This document shows, piece after piece, positions 1-16,142 of a stretch of DNA of 64,000 nt. Within the stretch, counting starts at the first letter, position 1. The number at the start of each line of letters is the position of its first letter. Where the stretch lies: assembly GCA_951406725.2 (NCBI GenBank), contig OX597815.1, positions 177,382,001 through 177,446,000 on the forward strand, given 5' to 3'. Both the position numbers and the translations under genes were made by a program. The stretch is from Octopus vulgaris. Lineage: Eukaryota. The notes under the pieces are model-generated. The model did not search any database. It saw only the letters and a list, made by a program, of their open reading frames with translations, and was not told where the DNA came from.

Positions 1-939
1 ATGTACTGACAGAGAATTTCAACAATTTGAGTGCGTTTGGTTGAACACGGTGTATTACATTGTCAAGTGTGTTTCAAGATATTTTTAAATAATCCATGAT
101 TTAAAAAAAAAATTTTTTCTCCAGAGTCTGTTGTGTTCGCGGGTCATCTGTATAGACTGGTTAATCTTTACAGCTTTAAATTACTACAAAACAAATAGAT
201 TCTTATCTGGAAAGTTAAAGTAAGAGTACTGGGAGATTTACTAAAAAGATACATATCCCATAAAAAACGATAGATGGGATTCCTTCATTAACGTTGTTGT
301 AGCCAAAGTGTCTCTTTAGCCTCGAAAATCCTGTGACAGTATTACCTAGGATTATCTGTATGGGAGAAGCAAATGCTGCGACTTACACTATGCTTAATAA
401 AGTAATCAGGAATTAAATATTGGTTCATTCTACAAGTGTGCGAAAACGGCAGCCTACAAAATAACAATATATTCGCAACCAATCAGGCACTAACAACAGC
501 ATCTTTCTTTGCATCTAAAAGTGTAAAAAAGGTTACAACAAATTTCGTAAAATTGAAATTACTGAAACTATATATAGAATGTTGGAACGATTTTCTTAGA
601 TATTAACGGTAACTTGGAAACCTGTATATAAAATTCGGTATAGTACGTTTCGTCGCAGATATTTTTGCTCGTAGGAAAATTCACCTAAGAAATTTCGTTG
701 TAAGAGAAATCATCTTTAAAAACAAAATAATATATTGCAAAAAAAACAACAATAATAATGATAATGACATAGAGTTACCTTTTTTCTTAAAATAGCACTT
801 CGTTAACTAACCTACCAGTTAGAGAAAGGTAATTTCTTTGTTATGAATTATCTAATTTACAGTCTGCTTGTGTGACTCCTTTGGTAAATATTTTCGTGCA
901 ACGAACCCATTACAACGGTCTGTACATTGGAAACTAACA

Positions 940-1600
940 CAGACCGGGCGAAATAAATGGAGGACTTGAACTAGTTTTGCCGAATAGAGAGGAAATAGGG
1001 TGTAAAAACGTATTGGAAATCTAAGTTGAAACCTTCAGTTTGTATGGCTGTTTCAACACGGGACAGGAATCGTCGGCACAGCTGCCGTTTGTTATATTAC
1101 AATTTTGATTCTATCCAAGTTTTCTCATCAAAGGAGAAGCAAAGCATGCCATGTCCATAATGGGTCTTTGGTCTCTTTAGAAATGGCCTGTATGAAATTA
1201 TCAAGTACAACAGTTCTTCTAGTCTATTCCAGCAGCTGACGTTCTTCAGCGATGGTTCTCATTGATTTTCCATAATCATCTCGATAAAGTTTTGAGCTCG
1301 TTGGATGAATTGCGATGTGTTTACTGTGTCCGAACGTCTAAAATGACTTTTCTCCTAGATACAGCTGAAACATTCCCACCAGAATCTTCCATCTGAAATG
1401 AATGTTCAAAAACATTTGCAGCATCTAAAACTTTTGCCGTTTCTGAATCGCTGCATTCCTCAAATATGGCAACAATAACAGCATTTCGCTTCATTTTTAA
1501 TAGCATTTTATCTGTCATGGAAGATCTGAATGGAATAACAAAAAAACAAAAAAAAGTAATGATTAACAGAAAATAATACACAGATAATTAAGCGTTAACC
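940..1600 (-). mobile_element. Degenerate Tc1/mariner-superfamily (maT/DD37D-like) transposase remnant, N-terminal half
   Basis: Minus-strand frames, across frameshifts, read MKRNAVIVAI..SDSETAKVL..GGNVSAVSRRK / RRSDTVNTSQFIQRAQNFI / GKSMRTIAEE / GMLCFSFDEK. This matches an HTH region plus the first catalytic Asp motif (WFFSDEK-like). TIRs were not confirmed. Confidence 0.65.
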
Positions 1601-1640
1601 CTTGTAGCCCGCATATAATTATAAATTCTACCTTTAAAGC

Positions 1641-1746
1641 ATGTGCATGTATGTATGTATGTATGTATGTATGTATGTATGTATGTATGCATGTATTCAT
1701 GTATGTATGTATGTATGTATGTATGCATGTATGTATGTATGTATGT
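1641..1746. repeat. (ATGT)n microsatellite
   Basis: Directly visible; source of the MYVC-repeat ORFs. Confidence 0.97.
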
Positions 1747-2444
1747 CCCTCTCTCTCGCTTTCTCTTTCTCCTTCTTCATTCCTCTATTGTTGTCCTGTC
1801 AGACTTTGAAACTTTTCAAATATAAGCTTGTCCTTTTTCCTTCACTAGATTCATTATTTTCAAACATAGCACCGTATCATCATACGTCCACATGCCCATC
1901 ATATCTTCCGCAGACTAGCGTGGTCATCTCTGAAAAAAGAAAGAAACCAAAAAACTATTTTCTCTCTTCATTACCGAGAGAATTGTCTTCCGACTCGTTC
2001 ACGCTTCTCTTTCTCTCTATACCTGTTGAGATTGACTTATGTTCCTCCGTCCCTCTTTCTCACTTTCTCTATCTTTCTCCCCTCTCCATCTATCTATCGT
2101 TGTCCTCTCAACTTTGAAACTTTTCAAATATGGGCTTGCCTTTTTTCCCTTCTAACATAGCAACGTATTATTATAGGCACTCATGCCTAAGATATCCTCT
2201 GCAGACTAGAGTGGTCATCACTGAAAAAAACAAAAAACATATTCTCTCTCTTTTTCTAGAGAACTATACCTACCAGATTTCTCAAATTGTTCACGTATCC
2301 CCTCCCATCCGGTCCCTAACCACCACCAGATCAACCAAACTGCTTGTGTGACTTGCCGCTTACTACAAGGCTGTCTCCTTAGGTAATCCCCCCTTCACAC
2401 ACACCAAAAAAAAAACAAAGGTCAGGTCGCTCTCGAATGCTATT

Positions 2445-5880
<3,436 letters not shown>

Positions 5881-6169
5881 ACACTCACACACACACATGC
5901 GCGCACACACACACGCATTCACACACACATATATGTATACACAACACACATGTATGTATGCATGCATGTATTTTCCTTTCTCTTAGATTCACCGTTCTCT
6001 ATTGCTTTTGCAACTCTCATGTGGGAATGATTAGCTGACACGTTGAAACTATTCCGAACTGCATACGAAAGTAACTTGTTACAATAGAAAACCCGTTAGA
6101 AATTCCCATCAACAGAGCTATCGATGTAATTCCCACCCGTCTTGGAACCAATGAACTCATAAAACCATT

Positions 6170-6560
6170 GTTTAAATGTAGATTCCATTTCTACAGAAAC
6201 ATATGACTCTTGCGAAGCGCCAGTTGAAGTTTTAATTTCTATTTTCACTTATGTGGTCAGCAGGCGTCATTTCCCAACTGTTCAATGATCCTATAACCAT
6301 TCACCTGTTCAAGAACAAAGGGAACATGCAGCTACGTATCTATTATAGTGATAAAGGCTTCTTATTGATTATTGGCGAAATATCGGCGAGAGATTGCCTC
6401 ATCCATCAACAAAATACAAACAATCTCCCACCGAAAAGCCTCTGTGGTTTCCGTTGTAAAAGAATATTAATGACATATTTCCTCATTACATGATGCTATA
6501 TCGCAGCATTAGGATTTGTATTATAAAGCTTTGTTGCCCTAACGATAGCTTTTATAGTGG
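6170..6560 (+). mobile_element. Older RTE LINE RT fragment
   Basis: FNDPITIHLFKNKGN...IIGEISAR...LPPKSLCGFR corresponds to the RTE motifs FKDASIVHLYKRKGN...IAGKILAR...LPESQCGFR. Confidence 0.7.
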
Positions 6561-8949
6561 TGTGTGGAAAAATTTTGAGTTGAGTGTTAAGGGCAATGGG
6601 TTCATAGCAGTACAAAACCTCTGTTGCATATACTACTAAAACACATGTCAGTGTGGTTGAACCTATCTTTCTTAGAATCGTGGTTTGCATTTTCGTCACA
6701 GGTCTTTAGGACGTTTCTAGTTGAAATTGACATTAATTGGGGAGATTTTAGAAAATAAATTATTCTGTCTTTGTACATTCCAAGTAAAAACCAAAATGAA
6801 ATATCTAAGTCTCTGTGAGGGGCAGTTTTGAGATGCCTATCGATTATTGATCATCGATTGTTGATTATAGATTGCTGGTGCTTCGGGAATCCAACATTTA
6901 AGCAGGTGTCTAACATTTGGCCTCAAAACGAGGGTGAGGTATTTTGTTGCAGCTGTTTTGGCGCCGTCCATTTGGCGTCACTGATCTGACACAGGCATCA
7001 CATGTTTTAATATTTCTCTTTCCTTCTCTCCGATTCTCTCTCTTTCTTCCTCCCCCTCTCTCTCTACCTCTGTCGTTCTATGTGCATACGTGAATATGTG
7101 CATAAGGAAAGCGATAGTTCTATGCCAGTCGTGGTCAATCAATAAAATGTAAAGCCCCATTCTCTCCATCTGCCCTCACTCTATCTGCATGCATATGTGT
7201 CTACCGTCGCACGCACGTTTGTGCATGTATGTGTGAGTGTGTGTGTGTGTGTGTGTGTGCTTATGTGTCAAAAAATACCAGCAGGTTATTCAATCTGCCT
7301 CTGTCACAATGAGCACTAGAAACGAAAAGTATACAGCAACGAACCCGAAAACGAGTACAACACGTACAGTAGATCCGGGAATGAACGCAATCAAGAATTA
7401 GATAAAATTGTTGAGAATTTGACATAAATTTAAATCACACTCACCTCTAATACCTGCAGTGATGCTGAAATGCCGTATTGGCATCGAGAGTACTTCATCT
7501 GGAACATTGTGGTATAAAATTTTGGGACAATGCAGATATCAACGCTCATACCAATATGAAAGTTTAGCATGGTGTCATCTATTTTAACTTTCCTCTGTGG
7601 TATTTGCCAAAGATTTTAACCATAAAGTAGCAGGATAGATTTCTCGCAGGATAGATTTCTGGCAGGGTGTTTGTGCCAACTTATCGACCGTGTTTGCTAA
7701 GGAGAAGCAAACAAAGCTACATTAAGCTGAATATGCTGTCAGCATGCCTGTGTTTACACAGCCGAAAGCAATTTTGCATTTGCTGCAAATGGAGGGCGCA
7801 ATTTTGGCGTAGTAAAAATTCGAAGATCCACAGAAAGTAATCTGAAAAGACTAATTTCAAAGAAAGCAGAATGGAAAGAAGATATGGCTAGTGAAGCAAC
7901 ATGTTTGAATATTCGCGAATCAACATAGTTAAGGCCAAAATGGAAGCTTGTAACTCATTCCTTACCTCTTACTTTAATTAAACCGTACACCGTGGCAAAA
8001 CCGTCTCTGACATAACAGGGTTTTTTTACCATAATTCAAATACATGTCTTACATTCGTTCTGTTAATCGTTTATTTATTCTTACAAATATGTTTTTTATA
8101 AATAGAAATAATATATAATTCTAAATCGGAATAGATATTAAGTCAAGTCATATAATTATAGTAAAACAAAATCGGGCCGCATACGACGATGGATTTATGA
8201 ATTAATTTTTATCAAACATTCTGTTTCTAGATATTGTGAATAGCAAAAGCAAATCACTTGAACACGCATGTCTAACAGGATGAGAAATAAGCACGTGGCT
8301 GAAGTTAAGTAAATATTGGAAAATTTATTTTATACTTAGTTTACTCTCGCTGCGGATCAATCTATTGCTGTCAACAACAAATTTGTAAAGTATAAGATAA
8401 CATTATCTAGCAATACAATCTGATTCAAATATATTTCCCTATATACTTCCGAAATTGCTTTGATAGTGTTCATATAAGAATTCTCAGTTGTCAACACGAT
8501 AAATTCTAAATGTATTTTAAAGCGAACAACAAGTATAAAAGAAAATGTGTAAATAATGCATATGCATAAGGCACGGGATATAAATTCTTTACAATAAACT
8601 CGTTTTCAAATTTACAAATATAACACTTGCCGAACTATACAATCGTTTGTTTTTTAATTCAACGCCCAGGTTTTTAGCATAACTTTGAAATGTATTCACT
8701 GGGCATTGGTGGGTTAATAGTAAGACACCTCACCATATTGTAATATAATATGTGTAATAAATTGCAATCTCCAGGATCTTAGTATATGTATGTATACCTA
8801 GTATGTGTATATATATATACGTCGAAATAACGTAAACACATCTGTTTATATATGTGCGGGCGAGCGTGTGTGTACATATGTAAATGCATATGCACAATCA
8901 TACATACATACAAGCTCACATACATAGATACAAACACATATACACACAA

Positions 8950-9002
<53 letters not shown>

Positions 9003-9543
9003 CGCGCGTGTATGTACGTGTATGTATATATGTATGTATGTATGTATACCACTCTAATGATCCCAAAGCTGCATGCTATTACAGAATAGGGAATTGCGTA
9101 AGGTATCTTATATCAATGATACAATTAAAATTTCTACCTGGCAAATGGAAAAACATTCTTGTAAATAACGTGCTCTATTAGAATTGAGAAGTGGTATGAA
9201 CTATTAATTACACACTCAGCTACTTATAAAAAGAGGAAAATTTATTTTTATATTCTATCTACGTCACATTTACAACCACGAGAATAGATCCACCAGCTCA
9301 ATCAGAACTGAGATATGCCGTGTTCATTGTAGAGTGTTTCAGAATAGTGCAGAGATAAGCAAACTGTGAATTGAATAATGTATATTTTTTCTTTTTCGAA
9401 CACAACTATTATTGGAAATGATACTTGTTTATTACAATCTATTTGCTGATCCCTTAACCTGCAGGACCATCAAGATAACTGTAACGTAAATAAGGTCACT
9501 TACACACATATATACACAAACGCAGCAATATATACATACATAC

Positions 9544-9597
<54 letters not shown>

Positions 9598-9931
9598 CTC
9601 TTTTAATACAATTGTATAAATATGTATATTATTATTAATTTTAATGTATAAGTTGCCTGTAAATTTTGATAGCATGCTGACTACCTGATTAAAATCATTA
9701 ACGTAATTTTTATCCTTATATTCAATTATGAATTAAATAAATAAAATTAAAATTAAACAATTCAATTATTCTTACTCCTGACCTGAACAGCATTTACTGC
9801 ACAAGTATTCTTATAATATGCATGTTGCAGTCGTGGGGGGATTTAAAATTCACTTATCTTGGATCTATACCTGCAAATACTTGTAGGTAGACGGGTGAGC
9901 CTGCTTTCTACGGCATGTGCAACTATTTCTG

Positions 9932-9967
<36 letters not shown>

Positions 9968-10183
9968 AATTTAAAATGAGGGTAAGAAATTAGATATTAA
10001 TTTAATTAACATCGATTTCACACCAGTGGTCTAGCATATAAAAAAACTGAAGGTTCAGTAAAATTGTATTATATACATATTAGAGGGAAACCACTTCGCT
10101 AAATTTTTCTTGAGAACATTTCTTAGTGGTAAGACCATAGCGGATCCATTTCTAGCATAAGTGTGTCCACATAGTGGTTTCCC

Positions 10184-10240
<57 letters not shown>

Positions 10241-10268
10241 TGTATACACACACACACATATATATATA

Positions 10269-10307
<39 letters not shown>

Positions 10308-10310
10308 CAT

Positions 10311-10387
<77 letters not shown>

Positions 10388-10389
10388 AT

Positions 10390-10680
10390 TAGATGCTCTT
10401 ACACATTGTAAGAAAAGGAGAAAAGAGAGCGATAGCAAAATCACGATCGAGAATATGTGGGAGAGATAGATATACGGTATATTCACTCGAATATTCCGGA
10501 CATGTGTGACATTTGTGGACTTGATGAATATTCTTTCTAGAAATTAGAAAAGAACATTTCGGATTTCGCTTCCTCAGATTCGTGGATACATATAAATTGT
10601 TTATATTTTTGTGATTTTGATTCATCCATTGATATCCAGGCTGGACCAGGTTCAACGATCTACATCTATTTTATTACAAC
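10390..10680 (-). repeat. Probable Penelope-type terminal repeat remnant next to (TA)n, with a degenerate hammerhead-like core
   Basis: Minus strand reads CTGAGGA-AGCGAAATCC-GAAAT-GTT (10553-10577). Stems are poorly preserved. Confidence 0.35.
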
Positions 10681-10779
10681 CAAAGTAGATGGGAGTTACA
10701 AACACATAACTCCATGCATAATTCTGCTGGAAAGGAATTACTTATGCAATAAATAAACAAATGAATAAATAAATCTTCA

Positions 10780-11200
10780 TCATTCGTTCGCAGTAGACAT
10801 TTTGGGGCAAGAACATGCCATTAGAAATTAAAAGATGATGTATAGCTTGAGCAAAACTAAGAAAAAAAAACATTTATTTTTATTTAACTGATATTCCACT
10901 CTGGGTTGAGAAAGAAATAACAGCACCTTGCGGTAACTGCTAAATGCCTGCAGGATATAATGTGATAATTTCAACAAAGAAATAATTTATCATATACCTT
11001 ACGCACAGTTCCTGTAAAGAATGAATGTAAAATTTGTAAGAAAGGGACAAGAGTTGCCGTGTTCAGGTTTATTAGATTTTATCACTGTATTCTGATATGT
11101 TGGGGGTCTGCTTCATCAATTGTCAAAACTTCTGCGAATATAAAAAAAAAATACGAATAATTTTATGTCAGTAAAATTTGCATATCGATTTGTATTTTGC
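10780..11200 (-). mobile_element. Possible piggyBac-like transposase relic
   Basis: Minus strand gives AEVLTIDEA followed by GNSCPF, resembling piggyBac TIDE...GRCPF. Heavily decayed. Confidence 0.35.
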
Positions 11201-12330
11201 TATTAATAAATCTTCTACATTTCCACGTCGACCATCGCCTTGGGTGCAATGTGGTAAACAAAAACTGCGAATGCATCCATCATATAAATAGACACATATG
11301 CATACCTAAATGCATGTGCATATCTATATACATATATATACTGGAGGATACGTGTGACTGTATACATCTGTAAGCTTTCATATATATATATACATTACAT
11401 ATATATGTACATATACCTGCATACATATATACATATGCACTTACAGATTCTTTCACATACACGCACGCACACGCACAAACACAAACACACACGCATATAT
11501 ATACGCTTATGTGTGTGTGTGTTTGTCTGTTATGTCTGCGTGTGTGCGTGCGTGTCCGTGAGATAAGTGAGTAAATGTGCAGAAATTGGACTTCGTGCAT
11601 TATAGGAATTATTTGTTTTTGACTTAGCGGTTCGTGAAAGCTCATTCAGTCCCTCCAGTATTCAGAAGCAATGGGGAGTAAAATCAAAACGGCTTCTTTA
11701 TTACAGAGACTAATCCTCATTGATCAGTCGGGGCCATGTTACGGTAGCATGAATACATTTAATAGATCTCCGGAAAACCTACCTAGGTGATACTTTATAT
11801 TCATAAACATACTAACCTCGTTCCAGCTGCAATCAAAAATTCACGACCAAAGATCTCAACGGAAATACACGCAACTTAGTCATTATTCTATATGTAAGAA
11901 CAGGGAAAACTCTACTGCATTGTCTTTCTTTATGTGGAGTCTTCGTAACCACAACCGTATCTCATCCAGTACCATATGGGATATACACAAAGAACCATAT
12001 CTTACTTGCACAGGCCTCGCAATTGCCATCTTTGCTTTCGAGAAAGGCTGCACATCTTCCAACGGCCAACAGCATGTATAAGCAGACGAATTGACGTTCC
12101 ATGTTGTCAACGAACATGATATACTCTTTGATGTACCTCAAATCATTGACAGGCGATATTCGCCATATACCACTCTATATCGGGCTGCACTATGCCTCTT
12201 GGCAGTATTGGGGTAACCAAACCCATTCCGGTATTTCTACGATTTAGGAAACATGCCACTCATAGGTGTGCATGCGTCACGCATTAATTACTAAGTAGCT
12301 TCCATCTATTTTTCACGAATTATTACAACA

Positions 12331-12715
12331 CTAGCAGTATCGCCCGGCGTTGCTCGGGTTTGTAAAGGAAATAACTATAAAGCATTTTTAGAGAGTTATA
12401 GCCAAAAAATAGCAAAAAAATGGGAAAAAAATTATGGTAAATTTATTTTTGAGAGTTAAAAAGGTGGAGTTGCGTCCCCTAGACAGTCTGTGGTTTGTGT
12501 TTCTGATTCTCGACCCCATGTCGAATTTATCGATTTTTTTCAGAACTGGGGGAACTTTTCAAAATTTTCGCTGCGTTAGTTTTGAATTATGACATTGGGC
12601 TATGTGTGTGTCAAGTTTCATCAGAATCGGTTGAAAGCCGTGATCAGGGTGAGGGTACAACCTAACAGACACACAGAAACACACACAGACAAACTGCCGT
12701 TTATATAGAGAGAGA
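12331..12715 (-). mobile_element. Non-autonomous Helitron
   Basis: Minus strand starts with 5'-TC (TCTCTCTCTATATAAA). It ends with the GC-rich hairpin CCCGAGCAACGCCGGG followed by CTAG-3'. It sits between A and T with no TSD. Confidence 0.88.
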
Positions 12716-13437
12716 TATCCGAGGCCACAACTGACAGTCAGACGTTAAAGTATGTTTGTAATGCTGAAGGCATCGTTTCCCACCTGATGCTTTAAAAATT
12801 GATGTTCTTAACGCAACATATTCCACGCTATGATGTCTAAGCAAGATTAATATTCTCTTGCATATCAGAGAAGTTGTCAATGAATTTTCACTATAACGGC
12901 CTCACCCGAGCTAATCAAAGGGAGTTAATTTCTTTATCACAGAAAGCATTGACTTTACTCGTCATTTTGCTTACGAATGGTCAAGGAAGTTCTTATTTTT
13001 TCACATTCCGAAATATTAAGTTATACGAGGAGTTAAATTAAACTGTTATCCAACACACACTCATATATATATTTAAAAACGGGTATATATACAAATATCA
13101 ACATATATATTACATATATATATGAATATAAATATATGTATACACTTACGCACACACACCCACACATATACACACACACATATATATAGTAGGGTGGAGT
13201 ATGTATCGATAGATAAACATAGGCATAATTGTGGGTGAGTATATATTTGTGCGCTCCTGTGTGGTAATACATGTAAATGACTGCATGCATATTTTATATA
13301 TATATTTATTTTATGAAACACAAATTCGCTAAATTGCCGTTTAAGTGGTTAAGGACCCATTATGACTTAACGCCATTATAAGCTCGGATCAGAATGAGAG
13401 AATAAGCCGAAACGCTAACTTGCGGGGAAATAAACAG

Positions 13438-13537
<100 letters not shown>

Positions 13538-14282
13538 CATCAAACACACACAAATATATATAGATATATATATCTGCGAAGATGATCTGTAACTCGACTG
13601 ACGAAATAAAACTCCGAATGACCCGTCCTTGTTTTTTCTTGCCAATTCTTATATCATCTGAGTGTCTGGATGTGTTGTATTGCATTCTCGTCCCATTTTC
13701 GTATTCTTTTATAATATACGGCAGTCTGTTTTGTTGTCCCTTTGTGTCAAGTTGTCGTCTACACCCGTTAACGAACCTTGATGTAACTTTTTACGCGTGT
13801 TAAACCAACATCCATTTTAATACCAGACTCATTGCAGTTTAATAAAAAATCTATAATCGGACGGCTAGAGCCCCTAGAAGGGGGGCCAGATATAACCCAT
13901 CTATTTTTTGTAACGGCCAAGGGGAAATAAGCCATTCATTTTTCTTTACTTTTTCTCCGTCCATTTCTTATAGAGAACATATCATTAGAGTGACCGGTTG
14001 TTAGTGCTCACGTGTGCTTTCTAGATTACGTGGAGTTTCTTACAAGAAGTTGTCAGACAAGGTGAGTGATTTTACTCTCACTCTAACCCTTGTCCTGAGT
14101 CAGTATATAAATTTAATGACATTTCATGGACCTACCTAAGATCTTTCATTTAACACAAATTATAGTAAAATCTTATCGTGGGTTACGGAGATATCAATGT
14201 CACAACCTATTTGCAAATTTTACCATTAACTTACTGTTTCCATGTCAACTGTGCAACAATTGTTCAAAATATTACATTTTTT

Positions 14283-14639
14283 AGGAGTGGCTGTGTGGTA
14301 AGTAGCTTGCTAACCAACCACATGGTTCCGATTTCAGTCCACTGCGTGGCATCTTGGGCAAGTGTCTTTTGCTATAGCCCCGGGCCGACCAATGCCTTGT
14401 GAGCGGATTTGGTAGACGGAAACTGAAAGAAGCCTGTCGTATATATGTATATATGTATATGTGTGTGTGTGTTTGTGTGTCTGTGTTTGTCCCCCTAGCA
14501 TTGCTTGACAACCGATGCTGGTGTGTTTACGTCCCCATCACCTAGCGGTTCGGCAAAAGAGACCGATAGAATAAGGCGGTGCTCCAGCATGGCCGCAGTC
14601 AAATGACTGAAACAAGTAAAAGAGTAAAGAGTAAGAGTA
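14283..14639 (+). mobile_element. SINE family 1 (tRNA-derived head, CORE-like CTTGGGCAAGT, internal (TA/TG)n, CR1-like tail), with an internal deletion
   Basis: Head TGGCTGTGTGGTAAG...TTCAGTCC. Tail GGCGGTGCTCCAGCATGGCCGCAGTCAAATGACTGAAAC(AAGAGT)n. About 10 copies occur in the window. Confidence 0.92.
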
Positions 14640-14833
14640 TGTGTATTTGAACTCTCAGGATTATTTTCGCACTTTCTTGAGATCATTAAACAATAGATCC
14701 ACGTGTTTTGGTTGGTGACTCATTCACGAAGATATCATGAATGACGATGCCCTTCTTGTCACTTTAACCAATTGACAGGCGCTGCATGAAGAACTTTTCA
14801 GAGTTACTTACTTTGAAGTGTTATTATCTCATA

Positions 14834-14952
14834 TCTTACGGCCATATCACATTGAAAATACCGGTTTTCGTCTGATCAGCGAAGTTAATCAATGCCGAGC
14901 CTAGTTAGTACTTAGATGGGTGACCGCTTGGGAAACCTAGGTGCTGTAGGCA
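14834..14952 (+). rRNA. Solo 5S rRNA copy (probably a retroposed pseudogene)
   Basis: 119 nt matching the metazoan 5S consensus: TACGGCCATATCAC..CCGGTT..CGTCTGATC..GAAGTTAA..GTTAGTACTTAGATGGGTGACCGCTTGGGAA..GGTGCTGTAGGCA, followed by a T-rich trailer. The 5' end is mutated, weakening helix I. Confidence 0.9.
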
Positions 14953-15639
14953 TACTTTATTTTGAATGGCGGTGCCCCAGCATGGTCACAGCTCGTGAGC
15001 TGAAACTAGATGAAATGAAATGAAAAAATATCAGATTTGCCTGTTATTACGTAACGTTCTGCACGACTTTGGTATACATACCTTATTGGTATTTCCTCCA
15101 AAGTTATATATACTATAGGAACGCATTAAAGGCATTTTCAGGGCTACTTTATTTGAATTGTTACTATCGGGTAACTAATTTGCATGTTATTACGTAATTT
15201 AGTTCACGATTTTGGTATTTATAACTTATTGGGATTTCCTAAAAGCAAGATCCTATCTAAGATGTAAAGATTATTTGCCAACATAACATGGCAGTCCTAG
15301 TTTAGGACGAATGTTACTGCAATTTATGCGCAGGAGACATCGTCTGCAGCTGGCTAAACCAGGACTGCCATGTTATGTTGGAAAATATTAGTAATTTTCG
15401 TAAGACGATTCGGTATTGTCTGTAAATGAACAAGAACTGTTTTAAGTGCTACATATTGTTGCTGTTGGATTAGTGAAACAATTATGCAATTATGAGAATG
15501 GGACCAGGAAATAAGTCCCGCTTTTCCGAATACCGAATAAATAGTGCGTGCGTTTTCATTAGCTATATTAAGCAACATGACCATCGCAAAACATGCTAAA
15601 TTAGCAACATGAGCATGCAACAATATATATATCTAGTGA

Positions 15640-16066
15640 GAATTTACAAGACGAAGACGGATGTGTAAACAATAAACAGATGTATCAGTTTAACGCTCGA
15701 GAAGTGAGAAAGTCTTTTACGTTTCGAGCCTACGCTCTTCGACAGAAAGGAACATAGAAATAAACAGGGAGAGAAAATAATAATAATAATAAAAGTCTTA
15801 GTGGCTAAACGACAATAGGAAAAGGCAGAAAGTACAAAAAAGTTTAGAAAAGCTCAAAAGGTTCAAACGTCGTGTTGTATTGGAGCGATTTCTCATCAAA
15901 GAGTCCAGTGTAATCCATGGGTCGAAGAGGTGCAGCCGAAGTGTAGGAGTCCAGGTGTAGGAGAGTAGAAGAAAGTCCAGGTAGAGAATCCAGGTAGAAT
16001 TGTTCAAGAAAAGTTCGAAGTGGAGGAGGAGAAAGGATAAAACTGGTGCGACCACGTGAGCGTGTA
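15640..16066 (-). repeat. Penelope-type terminal repeat unit with hammerhead motif, flanked by (TA)n
   Basis: Minus strand reads CTTT-CTGTCGA-A-GAGC-GTAG-GCTC-GAAAC-GTA-AAAG (15714-15749). Part 15645-15780 is homologous to 49286-49420. Confidence 0.65.

Positions 16067-16142
<76 letters not shown>

Noticed and set aside
8779-10486. ORFs rich in YI, CV or HT repeats (also at 17.3, 49-52 and 61 kb)
   Set aside because: They are translations of (TA)n, (TG)n and (CA)n microsatellites, which lack stop codons.
13570-13620. Degenerate hammerhead-like GAAGATGATC...GAAA next to a TA-rich tract
   Set aside because: Core and stems are too damaged to call from this copy alone.
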